In this document: one piece after another, positions 1 to 14,200 of the stretch | How positions within the stretch are numbered: position 1 is the first letter of the stretch | Layout of the letters: each line of letters begins with the position of its first letter | Source: Tubiluchus corallicola | Taxonomy: Eukaryota; Animalia; Priapulida | Length of the DNA stretch: 64,000 nucleotides | Direction: 5' to 3' | Assembly (NCBI GenBank): GCA_030141605.1 | Contig: JAQGDQ010000024.1 | Span: 62,001-126,000 of the forward strand | Notes under the pieces: generated by a model | Database searches by the model: none | Told to the model about the DNA's origin: nothing | Seen by the model: the letters and a program-made list of their open reading frames with translations, nothing else | Translations under genes and position numbers: made by a program

Positions 1-1530
1 AAATGCCCCCCGAAGACTGTGAACTATCAGTAATGCCTTTTCCACTTGAACTTCAAACCACTATATTGTTTTGAAAACTCTACGCAAACTGGTACCATCT
101 TATCCTTGAGTTTAGCACAGATATGACGTTTTGTAGCAACAAATTCTTTATCAAGTGACTGATTGTGGTGTAGTAATAACATAGTTTTGCGATTCAGGGC
201 GAATTGTGGATGTTTATCAGGGACTTACGGCTTAACAATGGTTTTCTGATACAATTATATGATATCAACATGATATCATGATATCAGATGATCTATATAT
301 ATGACATAATATTTCTGATATGCAGTTTCGATATAAGTTTTGCTATGAATTGTGTGGTTTTGATCTTAGGACATTTTGCGGTGCGACCTTCTCATTAAAA
401 TACTTTGGCAATAATCACGATAAAAACCGCACTGCGCATGTGCGATGATCATCAAGTTCTATAACAGAAGAGCACAACACCGCGAATGTTTACTTTTGTA
501 GCCAGACATTTGTTTATTCATCATATGCTAAACCTGAAAGGGCTGATCTTTGATGTAAAATAAATCACTCGTTAGCAGAGATATTACGCAAATGTAGCAG
601 GTTTGAGTGATTAGTATACCGTCTACCAAAACGCTTTAGGACAACATTTAAGAATCAAGCTGATATATCATTGTTTACACACATCACAAGTGAGCTCAAC
701 CTCGCTAATCTGGTAAAAAGTAAAATACTATTAGATCAGATGGGAGACAAAATTTATTAGATGGATAAGCTGAAAATTTGGTGAGCTTATTAGAGTAGAA
801 AATATTTATAAAATGTGTTGTCATATTTTTCTCGTGCAGGACTGGGCAAGAACTCTTGAAACATTCCTAGTAACATTTCCCTCATTGTACATCCACCAAA
901 AGTCTGCTTAAAATGTGGTCTTTTACCATAAGTGATAAATCAAACAGGTTACCGCAAAACGGAAGGACTTCACGTGAGGGATTTTCACCTTTCTAATGCG
1001 AATAAGGGCTGTTTATAAGGGTGCAGGAATAGCAGTTTCTCAGAAATTAGAATCCTGCAGTGACAAAGTTCAGTCGCGCCGGCAGCCAAAACTCCCGTCA
1101 GATAAAAGCTTCCTTCCGGGTATCTGGAGTCAATCAGGGATAAAACAGGGGAAATAGGTAATGGCCGAGCTGGCTTGTTGTGGCTGAAGGATAACCGGCA
1201 CCAGATGACAGCATAGTTACGATTCAGCTCTTCACGCCTATAAACAGCTTGAAAAGCTGCTACACATTTACCCACTAATGTGATAATCACCGGCCAGAAT
1301 TTGTGTTGGATATCACAACGTGTGCGGTATATGAGAGTTGAAATGTGGATGTACACAACGACCGTGCTATTAATAAAAGACACAAACAGCTAGCTCAAAA
1401 AAGACAAAAATAAACAATATGATTCAATCATTTAAAATTATTACTTAATTATTATTAGCTCAAACTTCATATGTTTTAATTTGTGCCTGCCGTTGTGTGC
1501 CATAATTGCTTACCGGCAAGAAAAGGGAAC

Positions 1531-1590
1531 ATTGTTCAGAAATGCCTGGTGTTGACTTAAATTGTTCAGAAATGCCTGGTGTTCACTTAA
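1531..1590. repeat. 30-bp direct tandem duplication
   Basis: ATTGTTCAGAAATGCCTGGTGTT(G/C)ACTTAA occurs twice back-to-back with one mismatch. Confidence 0.95.
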
Positions 1591-3880
1591 AGGTAAAGTT
1601 CACTTAAAAGCATAGATACGTGACCAGGGGTTATGTTGACTGCATATGAACCGTCTTGGAGTTCTTATAGCTTCAAAATTATTTAATTTTCTTTTAAAAA
1701 CTTCTAAAAGAACCATGCAGCGTGGAGAGGGAATGCTATAAACGACACATATGTCAAAAATATAGTTTCCTGCCTGTTTTAATTCACAATTTTTTAGAAT
1801 CCTCAAGTCATGCTTAAAGCTGCGAGATCTAAGAACTCTCGTTGTCTCCTTGCTACCGTTAAATACAAAAGAGCTTGCTGGTTGATCAGACGGACTTAAC
1901 TATGCTCTTACACCAAGCAGAATTCAAGTAGCTCAAATAGTCCCGCTACCGTAGAAGATCCAATATATGCAATGACGGAAGAAGAGAAACCAGACATCCC
2001 TTGCAAAATTGTACTGCATGTTTATTATCATTGGAAAACCCCAACCACGAAAAGTTTCCTCATTTCAAATATCCCACTCTGTAATTATGAGTTGTATTTG
2101 AAAAAAACTCACACTGCACAGCAATTTAGTATTGTAGGTACTATGTAAGCAAGTAAATAGTGAAAGAAGGTTTAACGTAAACAGTAACTGTCACAAGCGA
2201 TGTGCGCCTGGTAATGGATTAACCCTCAAAGCCTAAATGAAAACACTCAAAACAGTACAGTTATTAAAGCCTTTGACAAAAATGCACAACTGGACCAAAA
2301 TCCAACTGGACCAATGGATAAGGCGCCCAGCGTAATTCGTAGCAGTTCTCTGAAGCTCCTCTGAATTTGTGTTTAAGGGTAATTATTATCAGACGCATAG
2401 GCGCACAATTTAGTAATCAAACGTTATGATCAGTGCATTACAAGATTCCAGGGCGCCAAGCTTTCACAACTCACGAGAAGCCTCGTCTAACAACCCAAGC
2501 ATTAAACTACTAACTGTTATTTTTAGTCATGTTTACTTTAAGGCACAACTTTAAACATTCATATGGCTTGGCGGTATTTGTGTAATAATTAACTAGGATC
2601 AATCCGAAATGCTTGTTAAGCTATTAACACAACACTTGGGGTCATTGGAATCAGCAGAAATGCTCTCACTTCAGCTTTACTATACCTAATTTATAATGTG
2701 TGTAAAACAAGCATGTAAATAAGCTCGCATATGTAGAGATAATGGACGGATAACTGAATTTTGTTATTCTATTTTTATTTAATTATATTATAGTTCTGGG
2801 TGTATTTATTGATGCCACATCTATCAAGACTAAAGTTATTTTAATTTTACAACGCCTGTTGTGAAATTATAATCACAAACTGCATTATGACACATTTTAC
2901 TTCAGTCGAAAGCTTATTGGTATTTTGGAGCTTTTAGTCATTGATCGATAGCGGGTTGATGGGAAATTTTAATTTTTCTTCACTAACAGTCTAACAAATG
3001 ACAGTGGCTTCATCCGAAAGCACTGGGAACAACTAATCGTATATTGATTAATAGTCTATGATCAGTTGTTGATTTATTAAAAAATTAAATAGTACTTTGA
3101 AGTCTTTTCTTAAGAAATTTAGTCTTAAAAAGTATCACTTACGAAATTTCCGCTGTCAACCATAAAATTCGTTGTCAATGTTTTGTAATCATTGATTACT
3201 AATTTTGGAAAAATTTGCACAATTTTTACTAAGTTTTTGTCCACTTTCCAAAGGTGCAAGTTGTCAAATCTGCAGAGATTTCGCATTATTTGATAAAAAA
3301 GTTGGGACCCTGTTACACGGCTGGAAGTCACCTTTAATTACTCACTATAACCAATCTCAAATTTTGTGTGTCTCTTGATAACAGCGCATAGGTATCATCC
3401 CACAAGTACCAACATTTTTAAAATCACAAAAACATGCAGAAATTTAGGCACAGTTTTGGTGTTTGGGCCTTTTTACTAAAAATTGACTACCTGCAGTAGA
3501 TCGATTAGTTGACTACAACATGATATCAACTCAGCCTCCTATATATCCTCTGTCCAATGCTGATAGGTTTACCAAATTTGATAAGTGGCTGGACAGTTAG
3601 GGGTAGGTAAATTGAAGATAACTGATCAGTAATCAACAGTTAGTTAAACTGACTAATCAAATCACAGGACAAAAGATACATTGCTCCTACTTGATTCTCC
3701 AGGTCGGCACTGTCAATCTACGTGACTTATGCTTTATGGATAAAGCAAAAATTTCTTCAAATATACAAAAAACTCGTACTAATATTCATGTATGGTACTT
3801 GTTTTTTCTTTTTACATTATTGGTGTTATTTTAATCAGTTACTTATGACAGTTTTCTAATTTTCAGGTTGAACTTTCACA

Positions 3881-6800
3881 ATGACGGCAAACACGACATG
3901 GCAGATTCCACGGCAATGGTTTTACTCACTCTGCTACCACATCTATTTTTTAGCTGTTATTACAGCAGCACGATTGAGTGACAACTGCCCGATGTTTCAC
4001 CTGCCATGCAGATGCAGCAAGTCACTCGAAGTTGTTAATATTGACTGTTCCAATGAGCATTTTGCTCGCGTTCCTGTACTGCCACGGAACAAGACCATCA
4101 GTAGCCTAAACATGCAAAATACTGGGCTAAAAGTACTCCCAAGCAGGGGATTCGATGGGCCACAGATAAAAAAATTGAACCTAGCATACAACCAGGTTTC
4201 TATTATAGCAGACCAAGCATTTGTCGGACTGGAAGAAACGTTAACGAATCTTGATCTTAGCAGTAACGCATTGGCAGAACTCACAACTATGGCTTTCCAA
4301 AGACTCTACAAGTTAAAGACACTAGACTTGAAGAATAATCCAATCACTGAGATTCAAAATGACATTTTTAAAGGACAAAGAAATAGTTTAAATGAACTTC
4401 ATATTTCAGGAAGTCCTTTAACAGCACTTTCAGAAATACCCACTGCAATACAGTATCTTGCGGAGTTGAAAACTCTGGAACTTACCTCTTGCCATATTGA
4501 AACATTACACCGAAAAAATTTTAGAGGCTTAGGGAAGCTGAATAAATTGGATTTAAGCCAGAACGCTTTATCAGAAATTGCAACTGGTACATTATCTCCA
4601 CTAAGAAAACTTTCAGAATTAAATTTGTCAGGAAACAGATTTGAACTAGTTCCATCTAATGCTTTCGATAATATCAAAGAGACACTAGAAATACTTGCGC
4701 TCGGCACGAATAATATAGAGAAAATTCCAAATGAAGCATTTAAGTCACTGAGGAACTTGCGGGTTCTCGACTTGCAAAAGAACAAGATACGACAATTATC
4801 AAAAGGATCACTAAAGGGCTTGCAAGATAACCTTCATGAATTGATTTTGGATGGAAATTTCCTGGAAACAATACCGACAGAGGCAGTTAATGATATGAAA
4901 CACCTTGGCATACTTAGTTTGCAGTTCAATAGAATTAAGACCATATCCAGTAAAGACATCCAGCCCATCATTCAAAGTATCGAAATTTTTAAACTTAGAT
5001 ACAATGACATTCAAGCTATACCTATGAAAACATTTGGGAATTGTTCAGACCTTCAAGAACTAGATCTTTCTCAGAACAATATCAGTACTATTAGTGCTAC
5101 GGCTTTCCAGGGAGCAAAGCGCGTACGATATTTGAATTTGAAAAAGAACAACATTAAACATTTGCCATCAAAACTGTTTCATGAAACAAACAGTGTAACC
5201 ACTCTGAACATTGGTTGGAATGCAATCACTTCAATTGATAATGATGCATTTAATGGCCTTAATGCGTCACTGAAGCAGCTTCACATGGAACACAATCAGT
5301 TGTCTAGTGTTCCTCTTAAACCTTTGCAAAAATTGACAGCACTGAAACACCTTAGTTTATCATTCAACAACATACAAGTGATAGCAGATGGTTCTTTCCG
5401 TGGTATGAATCCTCGACTGCAGTACCTTCACTTGGACAACAACTACATCACGGAATTTCCTGTTGCAGCTCTACAACCATTCAATAATCTCATTTATGTT
5501 AACTTGGGTTACAACAACATCAAGAGAATTACAAGAGATGCATACAGAATATTCGATGAGTCAGTCGGTAAAGTCAATACACTCATTCTTGAGCACAATA
5601 AACTTGAGCAGTTTCCAAAAGCAGCTTTATCAGCTTTAAGAGGTCTGACATCTCTAAATATGAACTTTAATCATATAACTGAGATCCCTGCTAATGCTTT
5701 ATCTCAGCTACCAACACTGAGAGACCTTTATCTAAGTGGAAATCTGATAACTAAATTAAGTAAAGAAGTCATCCAATTTAGTGGGTATAGAACATCACTA
5801 GAAGTACTTGACTTAGCTAACAATCAAATTTTAAAAGTCAATAATTCTACATTTTTGCAGTTCAAATCACTAAAGTCTTTGCTGCTAAACAACAACAGCA
5901 TATCCATTGTTCCTGTTCACACTTTTTATGATTTGCCGTTGGAGGTCATAAACCTCAGCCACAACAAAATCTCCAAAATTCAAGATTCAGCATTTTCACA
6001 TCTTCATCATCTCACTCACTTGTACTTGCAAGGAAATCAGCTAAAGTTCATTCACAAGTACTTCTGGGATAATGTCAAGTTAAACTTTTTTGATGCCAGT
6101 TATAATAACATAACTAAACTAGACGATGATTCCTTTCACTACATTGCTAACTTAGAGAGCATATTGCTGTCACACAATCCCCTGTCGCAACTGCCCCCGC
6201 AAGTTTTTAAGCCGATGAGTATAATCAGACACATTAATTTAGACAACTGTAATTTGACTGCCATACATCACAGGCAATTTGCTGACCTACCAAAGTTAAT
6301 ATCTATCAATTTGAGCAACAATAGCATCAACTCTGCAGCAGAGGATGCCTTTTATGCTTCAGTAAAAATTCAAGTTATCCAACTGCAAAATAATGAACTA
6401 GAGACAGTTCCAGCCGGACTATTGTCATCACAGTATCGTCTGCAGACTCTCAATCTTGCAGGGAACAGATTTGTTACGTTAAGTTCGGAAATTTTCGGTA
6501 TGTCTATGTCAACAGTTCACAGTCTGTACCTCCAAGGAAACAGGCTGGAGGAAATTCCAAATCGCCTGTTTAGTCCACTTCGCAGTAGCCTCCACTATCT
6601 GGACCTATCGAATAACCTTATAACCAGAATTACACCCTTTGCTTTTGCCAGCCTCCCACTATTAGCAGAATTGCATTTATCTCTAAATAACATCACAACA
6701 ATTGAAGAAGAGGCATTTTCTGGGTTGTACAATATCAGAAGTTTGAATCTAATGAGTAACAACATCAATCAGGCACCTGCAGACATTTTTCATGGTATAG

Positions 6801-7921
6801 GAACTAATCTGTACAAGCTTGATCTCACCAACACCTCGCTTAGTGAACTTCCAAATTTAAACTTTAATAAACTAGCGATGCTGTTTTTATCCAGAAATCG
6901 ATTAACACATATTCGCACTCGAAATATTCATTCTCTGAGTAATTTGCGCATACTTTACCTAGGCAACAATCAATTTCCAATTATCCCCAGTAACATATGG
7001 AAAAAACTACCGCGTCTTCAGTCACTACATTTATCAAACAATCCTATTCGCGAAATTAATAATGATTCATTCACCAATCTAGATGACGTCGGGTGGCTTC
7101 ATATTGACAACTTGCCCAACTTGACCTATTTTGATGAAAGAGTCTTTAATTACCTAACAAATTTGCAACACATCGTTCTTTACAACTATCCACGGTTACC
7201 ATTCCTAAACATCAAGACCCTGTTGTCTTCAGCAACCAACTTGATCCAGGCATATCTGGAGATAAAGGATGAGGTACTGGATGAACAGTTGCATCCTCTA
7301 TTTCAGAATAATCCCAGGCTTAACTCGCTGACAATTCTGGGAAAAAATTTACACTGGGTGACAAGCAACGCATTTACAGGGTTCCGAGCAGGAAGCCTTG
7401 GTATCATGAATACTAGCATTTCGTCGCTGCCAATAGACACTTTCTCTGCTCCACCAATTAGGGGCTTGTTTCCGCTAGATATTCGGTACAACAACATCAA
7501 GTTTTTAAGTGAAAAACACTTTGCCTTTCCTACTCTGGAAGTGGGAAACTTGTATCTAGAGAAGAACCCATGGTTGTGCAACTGTGACATCATTCCATTA
7601 CGATTGTGGCTTGATGATTGGTTGAGAACTCATGTGGTTGATAGAACTCGTATCGCAAAAGCAATCTGTGCTGAGCCATTAGCTCTTGCTGGGACACCAA
7701 TACTGGCTGTAAATTTTTCCGAGCAGGGTTGTGTTATACCAACTACACAAACACCAGAATTGCAAACCAGTGTCTCTACAAAACTTAGTAAGCTATGGAC
7801 TAGAGCAAAGAAAGTTAGACCAGGCAAAAATAAATTTTCTTCTGGCTGTGGTATCAAATTTCACTTGAACTGGTACAACATTTTGATTTTATCATTGTTG
7901 TTGTCAATAATAATTCATTGA
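3881..7921 (+). CDS. Chaoptin-like extracellular LRR protein (1346 aa), probably GPI-anchored, single coding exon
   Basis: Uninterrupted ORF. Hydrophobic N-terminal signal, LRRNT (CPMFHLPCRCS..IDCS), roughly 40 LxxLxLxxNxI repeats, LRRCT (NPWLCNCD..AICAEP), S/T stalk, SSG plus a hydrophobic C-terminus with no cytoplasmic tail. Size, architecture and the segment VLDEQLH..LNSLTILGKNL..SNAF resemble Drosophila chaoptin as recalled. Acceptor ttttcag ends at 3866, just before the ATG. Confidence 0.85.
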   Translation: MTANTTWQIPRQWFYSLCYHIYFLAVITAARLSDNCPMFHLPCRCSKSLEVVNIDCSNEHFARVPVLPRNKTISSLNMQNTGLKVLPSRGFDGPQIKKLNLAYNQVSIIADQAFVGLEETLTNLDLSSNALAELTTMAFQRLYKLKTLDLKNNPITEIQNDIFKGQRNSLNELHISGSPLTALSEIPTAIQYLAELKTLELTSCHIETLHRKNFRGLGKLNKLDLSQNALSEIATGTLSPLRKLSELNLSGNRFELVPSNAFDNIKETLEILALGTNNIEKIPNEAFKSLRNLRVLDLQKNKIRQLSKGSLKGLQDNLHELILDGNFLETIPTEAVNDMKHLGILSLQFNRIKTISSKDIQPIIQSIEIFKLRYNDIQAIPMKTFGNCSDLQELDLSQNNISTISATAFQGAKRVRYLNLKKNNIKHLPSKLFHETNSVTTLNIGWNAITSIDNDAFNGLNASLKQLHMEHNQLSSVPLKPLQKLTALKHLSLSFNNIQVIADGSFRGMNPRLQYLHLDNNYITEFPVAALQPFNNLIYVNLGYNNIKRITRDAYRIFDESVGKVNTLILEHNKLEQFPKAALSALRGLTSLNMNFNHITEIPANALSQLPTLRDLYLSGNLITKLSKEVIQFSGYRTSLEVLDLANNQILKVNNSTFLQFKSLKSLLLNNNSISIVPVHTFYDLPLEVINLSHNKISKIQDSAFSHLHHLTHLYLQGNQLKFIHKYFWDNVKLNFFDASYNNITKLDDDSFHYIANLESILLSHNPLSQLPPQVFKPMSIIRHINLDNCNLTAIHHRQFADLPKLISINLSNNSINSAAEDAFYASVKIQVIQLQNNELETVPAGLLSSQYRLQTLNLAGNRFVTLSSEIFGMSMSTVHSLYLQGNRLEEIPNRLFSPLRSSLHYLDLSNNLITRITPFAFASLPLLAELHLSLNNITTIEEEAFSGLYNIRSLNLMSNNINQAPADIFHGIGTNLYKLDLTNTSLSELPNLNFNKLAMLFLSRNRLTHIRTRNIHSLSNLRILYLGNNQFPIIPSNIWKKLPRLQSLHLSNNPIREINNDSFTNLDDVGWLHIDNLPNLTYFDERVFNYLTNLQHIVLYNYPRLPFLNIKTLLSSATNLIQAYLEIKDEVLDEQLHPLFQNNPRLNSLTILGKNLHWVTSNAFTGFRAGSLGIMNTSISSLPIDTFSAPPIRGLFPLDIRYNNIKFLSEKHFAFPTLEVGNLYLEKNPWLCNCDIIPLRLWLDDWLRTHVVDRTRIAKAICAEPLALAGTPILAVNFSEQGCVIPTTQTPELQTSVSTKLSKLWTRAKKVRPGKNKFSSGCGIKFHLNWYNILILSLLLSIIIH

Positions 7922-10900
7922 TGTTAATTTATTGAATGGATTCCAAGATTCAAACAAATGTTCAATTAAATTCATAATTAATAAGCATTCCTGGTAGGCC
8001 ACCTATGAGAAAGTTTGTAAAACGTTGTGCAAGACATTTTCACATTTTGTAAGAAATTTATAATGTATTTATTTTTGTTTATCTGTTGTATGTAACATAA
8101 GGTAATATACTGATATGACTTAAACTGATTGTGCCTACTTTTAAAAATGTAGCAAAATGGGCCGCTTAAAATTCAATTTCTTCAAAAATCATGTTTGTGA
8201 AGGATTTTAAAATGCTTTTAGTTGTCACTTAACAACAATGATACAAATAAGGCTGTAGCACAACTAACATTGTGACAGATAAAGATAAAGAAAATGATTA
8301 GATGGAGGCAAGCAGAAAGTGACTCTTCAATGTAAATGACTTACCAAAAGTATGGAATCTTCTTTGCACACAAATATAATACTCAAAATATATACATATA
8401 AACCCTTTTATTTGCTCTAAATTTTTTATTTTAGACTTGAATATTTGCAGAATTGTCTCTACTATTAGTCCATGGTAAGCTTCATTGCAATAAAATGCAT
8501 GACGCTCTTGTGGCTCTATGATAGTTTTCTCTGAAGTATAATGTACGGTGCTGTTACGGTTCTAATGTCGTTTTCGTTGATAATAGTGTTCACTTGACAA
8601 TGTTAGGAAAATTTTGGAAGTTGTATATGCTGTATATATTGACTTTACTAATAAAATGTATGCTATTGATATTATTCTGTTTTACAGCTTTTAATCTTGT
8701 GCTGCAACTTGATAAAACTTGGTACCTTAAGAAAAGAACACGTTTTTGTGGAATGATCGCTCACTAATTGAACTCATAATCGTAGAAAATAAACAGCCCT
8801 AGTACAATAATGAACAAGCAAAAAAAAATTCTACCTTTATTGGCAAGGTATGCTCAGTTGTGTCCCAAAGCAGCTGGGCCAGTCTACGGTGCTCCTTTTC
8901 CAGAGACTGAAAATTAATTAATAAAAACATCAGTAATTCTCACAAATTACTTAATCTCATTCTAACTGGAAATGTGTGATAATTTATAGACATGATACAT
9001 TTACTTGTGATATGCATGATTATTTGTTTTATGTAAAATTAAAAGTTATGCAGTTATAATAAGCATGTTAAATAACAAAAGTTTAGTGGTAATGTACTTT
9101 TTCGATGGGATCCGAAAGTGACACTTAATTCATCAGCATATACATAAATCACTATAAAAGCGATACTGAACACAACTTTCAAGAACTTATTCAACAGCCA
9201 ACAACACAAAACTATAATAGTGAAAATTATTATATGCTTTCAAGAAGCACTGAGTGCAGTATTTTTCTTAACAATCTTAATAATTCCACTTATTAAAAAT
9301 GTATTATGAAACAGAGGCACCTTTTGAATTAGGGTGTATAAAGGTGTTACACGTTTTATCAAATACTATTGCAAAGACCCTAATTACGGTTCATAATTAA
9401 GGTTCTGCAATAGTCATGAATTCTGCAGTAGTTGCAGAATCTTATTTAATATTGTTATTTGATCAATATGTCGTTCTAACTATGTACATCATCTCTCACA
9501 TTTTGACGTGGAAGCAAAATGAAGACAGTTTCAATGCTGAACTGTTAACACCCTTCATGTTTATCTGTTTATGTGCTTATGCTTATCTTTAATATTCAAT
9601 AACAAATCTTCATAAAATTGCTGTTAAAGTAAATTGTGTTTCTGGCATAGTTTACAATACAAGCTGTTTTACAGGACGTCTATTTTCGTCTGAAGTAATG
9701 ACACACAGAAAATACTTTCGAACCTTCAACAGTAAAATAAAAATAAAACAGCTATCAGACATTCCACCGTTTTCTGTCAAAATCTCTGCTAAGCAGTCAA
9801 AAAACGATATTTATGGATTTGTTGCCTTTTAAGTTAGGGTTTTTAACGTAGCCAAGCTGGTATACTGTGACTCATCACTCCCCTAGATGGTTGGTCACCT
9901 CCAGGTCAAGTGCAAGATACTCACTGTCTGAAGATGGCTGCTGTCGCTGAAATAACTACAGACAGCTGCTGCTGCTGGGAATGTCAGAAAATGACTTGGA
10001 TGAGCTTAAAAAAACGTTTTTTTTATTTAGTTTTGAGTGACTTTCCTACAAAACTTCTGCATGTGAAAAAAAGCAATGTCATGTGATTTTACAAAAAATG
10101 GCAAAATCGATACTATAAAGTTATTCTTAGAGTAATGTTGATGTAATATTGAAAAAAAAACTTACATCAATGTGATAATCGATAATTAACATCTCATTTT
10201 TTATCATTAAGTGTCACCATCACTAACATCTATAGATAACAGCCATCAGAATAATATCTTATAATAACACTGAAAGGAATGCCCGTTCTAAGAATATCTA
10301 AGCGGGACAGCAGAGATAAAATACTTGTATAATATTTACCGTACTGTTGTATCAGGTTGCAGCGAATGCTATTGTAAAAGGTGGACGAAATTGTATGCGA
10401 GATACATACTAGCTTCTAATGATTTATTGTGTTAATGATAAGCACATTATGAATGTCAAATTATTAAGGAGTTTTCCCACAAAAGAACAACATCACACAT
10501 TTCAAACCTTCAAAAAAAATTTTTTGTAGTTGCTGCACACTAGTATTTTGATGTTTTACACATTTCTGTTAAATTGTGTACTTTTCATACTGCACAGATA
10601 TATTACATTTTTAGCGTAGTGATGACAACTTACACAGAGTTGACGCAAGTACAGATTCAGTGACATAGGTTACTTATTATAGACTGGAGTCCAGTTCAAT
10701 GTCTGGGCTAACCATTTAAGATGAGCTGATGACTGGTCTGAGACAATGATACAATTACCCTCAAAAAACCTAACAGACGAGCACAATATAGCAAATAAAA
10801 TCACACGGTGACAGATTTCCTGGTGGTTTAAAACCCATTACTAACTACCCTCAACATTTTTTTAATTTTGGTCTTTAATTGTAGTCCCGTGACCACTAAG

Positions 10901-11292
10901 CTATAACACCTGCCTAAAAACAGAAGAATTAAAAAGAAAAGATGAACAAATTTTCATATACATTTCAAAAGTCACTTCTAAGCTTTACATCACCTGCATT
11001 TTTGCTCACCATAACTAAAGCTGTGTTATAAACAGCCTTACCAGAAAATTTAAATTCTACCATCTATATCAGAATTACCCATGTGGAGGATTATACAGCA
11101 GGATCGGTATCTGTGTAAGCAATCCATTATTACTCCATCTCTACACAAATTTTTTGGGCTTGCCGAATAGAAAGTGAGTCAGGGAAATGAAACCAGTCAG
11201 GGAACTCTAGTGGTAATACCACTGGAGTGAAATGGCATGATACCATTGGGTAAATAGCATGACAACTAATATCTTCACTTGTAACAGCATAC

Positions 11293-14200
11293 CTTATAAT
11301 CTTCCTCTGCAGCTTTCAAGTTGTTTCTCGCTCGAAAAAAGTTCATCAGTAATTCGTAAAATGGATGCGATTGTAGGTTTTCTTGTCTGTGTTTCTGGAA
11401 AATATGAACATTGAAATCAAGTCACTAAGATATGATTAAGGTGGTAAATATATCTAGCTATAAGAGTACAAACTTTTTCTAGTAAATCCAGGAGCATATC
11501 AAGACATTACAACATCTTGTGGCTCATTGAAACTTCTCTCTGAGAGAAGTTGCCAAACCGTTCACACGTTGCAATTTTACTCTCAGAGAGAAGCTGCGAG
11601 AGAAGTCTCTACACCTGAAAGCGCCATTAGGCTGATAGCTCAGTTCTGCCTATCTCTACCACTAATTTACATTTTCTTATGTATAACTCTGAACATACAA
11701 TTATTTGTGGTGTATTAGTAACACTGTTACCTGATAGTGGTACATATGTGATCATTGTTAATTATATAATTTGCATAGCACTTATATATAAGCAGGCTAA
11801 ACAAGTACTTGTGGTGTAATGGCTTATATAAAAACCAGTTTGTTATGTGGCATTTATAAAAGCGGACTCAGTAGCAGCTTGTGACATGTTACAAAACAGG
11901 TGCTGTGAAGGGATGTGTATTTTCCGACGAGAAAATGCTGGGGCCCTAAAATCTGGTGCCCCTTTAAGATACAGCTTAATTTGCCTATTGCTAAATATGC
12001 CCCTGAATAAGTCGCTGAATGTACCAGTAAACAAAAAAATTGGTGCATAAATAGTGAGTAATGGTCACTAGCTAATGAAAAGTAAGTATTAAAGCCTAGC
12101 TCATCTGTTGCATGCTTTAGGAATACATTATATTTATTCTAAACAAAACAAAGTGGGTGTATTGACACTAAATTCACTGAATGCCACATTATAAATGAGC
12201 CTGCTTACAAAATGGTGGAAAAAAATACAAAGTTGCAAACCAGGTACCTTGTATGCTAGTTGGGCTCACCTCAATGAAATGTTCGGTTAAACTGTCACAG
12301 CTCTCCAATTCTTCATTGTAATACAGAGACCTCAACTGTGCATCAGTGTATGGTTTCAAGTTTATTTTCTCTTTAACCGTTGACAAAGCTGGATATAGCC
12401 GAGTACCAGCCATCGTCTCAGATTCAGAGTAAACTTTATTCAGTTGTCCAACCTGACTAGTTTTGGTAATCTGATCAGTAAATAATGGAGTCGACAGCAG
12501 CGATACCCCAACAGTGGTTTTGGTGACGTATGATTGACCATCTGCTGAAGCACATTCGACTTCTAAAGACAACTCAGGCGCTGTAGCCATGGTAACTGCA
12601 GCTACAGATGCTTCTACAGAAAACTTATTTTCAGAAGTACTTTGGTCCTCATTGGTACCGATAAACTCGTTCGCAGGTGTGGCTTCAGCACTTAAGGTGC
12701 TATCTATGCTTTGTTCTTCTGATTCTATAAAAGGTTTTATGTTTTCTGTGGTATCTGTAACAACAAAATGTTTCTGTGAGTCTTTTACATCTTCATTCCA
12801 GCATGTGCTGGGTTCACCATGCTTGCTATCTGTCTCTGTATCACAGATTTTAGCACTCCCATTACTTGAAAGATCTTCTGCCACATCTTCTAAATTTAGG
12901 GATACTTCGGCATACTTTGTTTCTTTCACAGATACTTCACAACAAGCTGTATCCAGAGTCCGAAAAAGTTTTGACACTTTCCTACTGGTAAATTGCTGTT
13001 TTGCATTCACATTGTCTTGCACAGCTACATCCCATGAGTTCTTTTCTTGCCTATAAAAAAGGCACAGTAAAATTACACTATATTGCATAAATTTTAAGAT
13101 TCTTATATACCTTTAATAGTGCTGTAAATATTTTTAGCTTGCTTCACAATCTTTTATAATATCACTTAATAAGTAAGCAATAACTTTTGCATGACTTTTA
13201 CATAACATGCATAACTTTTTGGTAATATATGGCAATCAACACATGGTTACAGCACCTTTTGAATTCAATTTGTCTGGAAATAAACTGCACCGCACATGGG
13301 GGCAATTTTTAAGGCTAAATATAATACTGCAAAAAATATTAGACTTATATTTAAACAAAAAAGAAGACATTAGCAAAATAGTACGTTGACAAACAACCTT
13401 GAAAGTAAATTTCCCTCAGTTTCAAACAATGATTTGTGCTGTAGTGCCGTAGCAGCTTCTTTGTCGTGCTCTAAACTACCAGTTTGTGACGTGTTGCAAT
13501 CAGCTGAATCACTTTTTTCAGGTACACCTTTATCATCTGCTGCTTCAGTGACAACATTTTTAGCTTTCGTCTGAAAAGTTTTTACGTTTTATTATATACC
13601 ACAAACTAAACTGTTCTGCGCATAAAAATTTAATGCACGTTCCATAGTTGTCAGCAGCAAACACACTTTGCAATAAAAAACTGAGTTACATTATACATCA
13701 AATTCATAAATTAAATACCAGGATACAATCTGTACATCAAATAAAATATCTAGGAGTATTAATAGATCACAATCTTTCATGGAAAGCACATATACAATAT
13801 ATTGTTAACAAAACCAGTAAAATTATAGGTATTTTTTCAAAAGTTAGGCATTTTCTGAATTATGATTAAAAAAAACTTCTATATTCTTCCCTATTTTCAC
13901 CGTATTTAGAATACAGCATACTTACCTATGGCTCAGCACCCCATTCCACATTGTATCCCCTAATTACAAATCAAAATAAATTTATAAAGCTTTGGACACA
14001 TACAAATAGAAGAGCCCATGTTACACCTTTATACCACCAGCATAAAATCTTAAAACTTCAGGATATATATAAATTAGAGATGGCCAAATTTTTATATAGG
14101 TTTAACGATAATATGCTTCCTGAAATTTTTCAGAATTATTACAAATCTGTAGCCCAGATGCACGAGTATCATACACGATTTGCCACTAACCAAACTTTCT

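Noticed and set aside
985-1383. 132-aa minus-strand ORF
   Set aside because: Non-ATG start, no recognisable domain and no splice context linking it to EPG5.
3997-7857. Antisense ORFs within the LRR gene (likewise 12589-13056 and those opposite ILF2)
   Set aside because: Shadow ORFs of real coding sequence.
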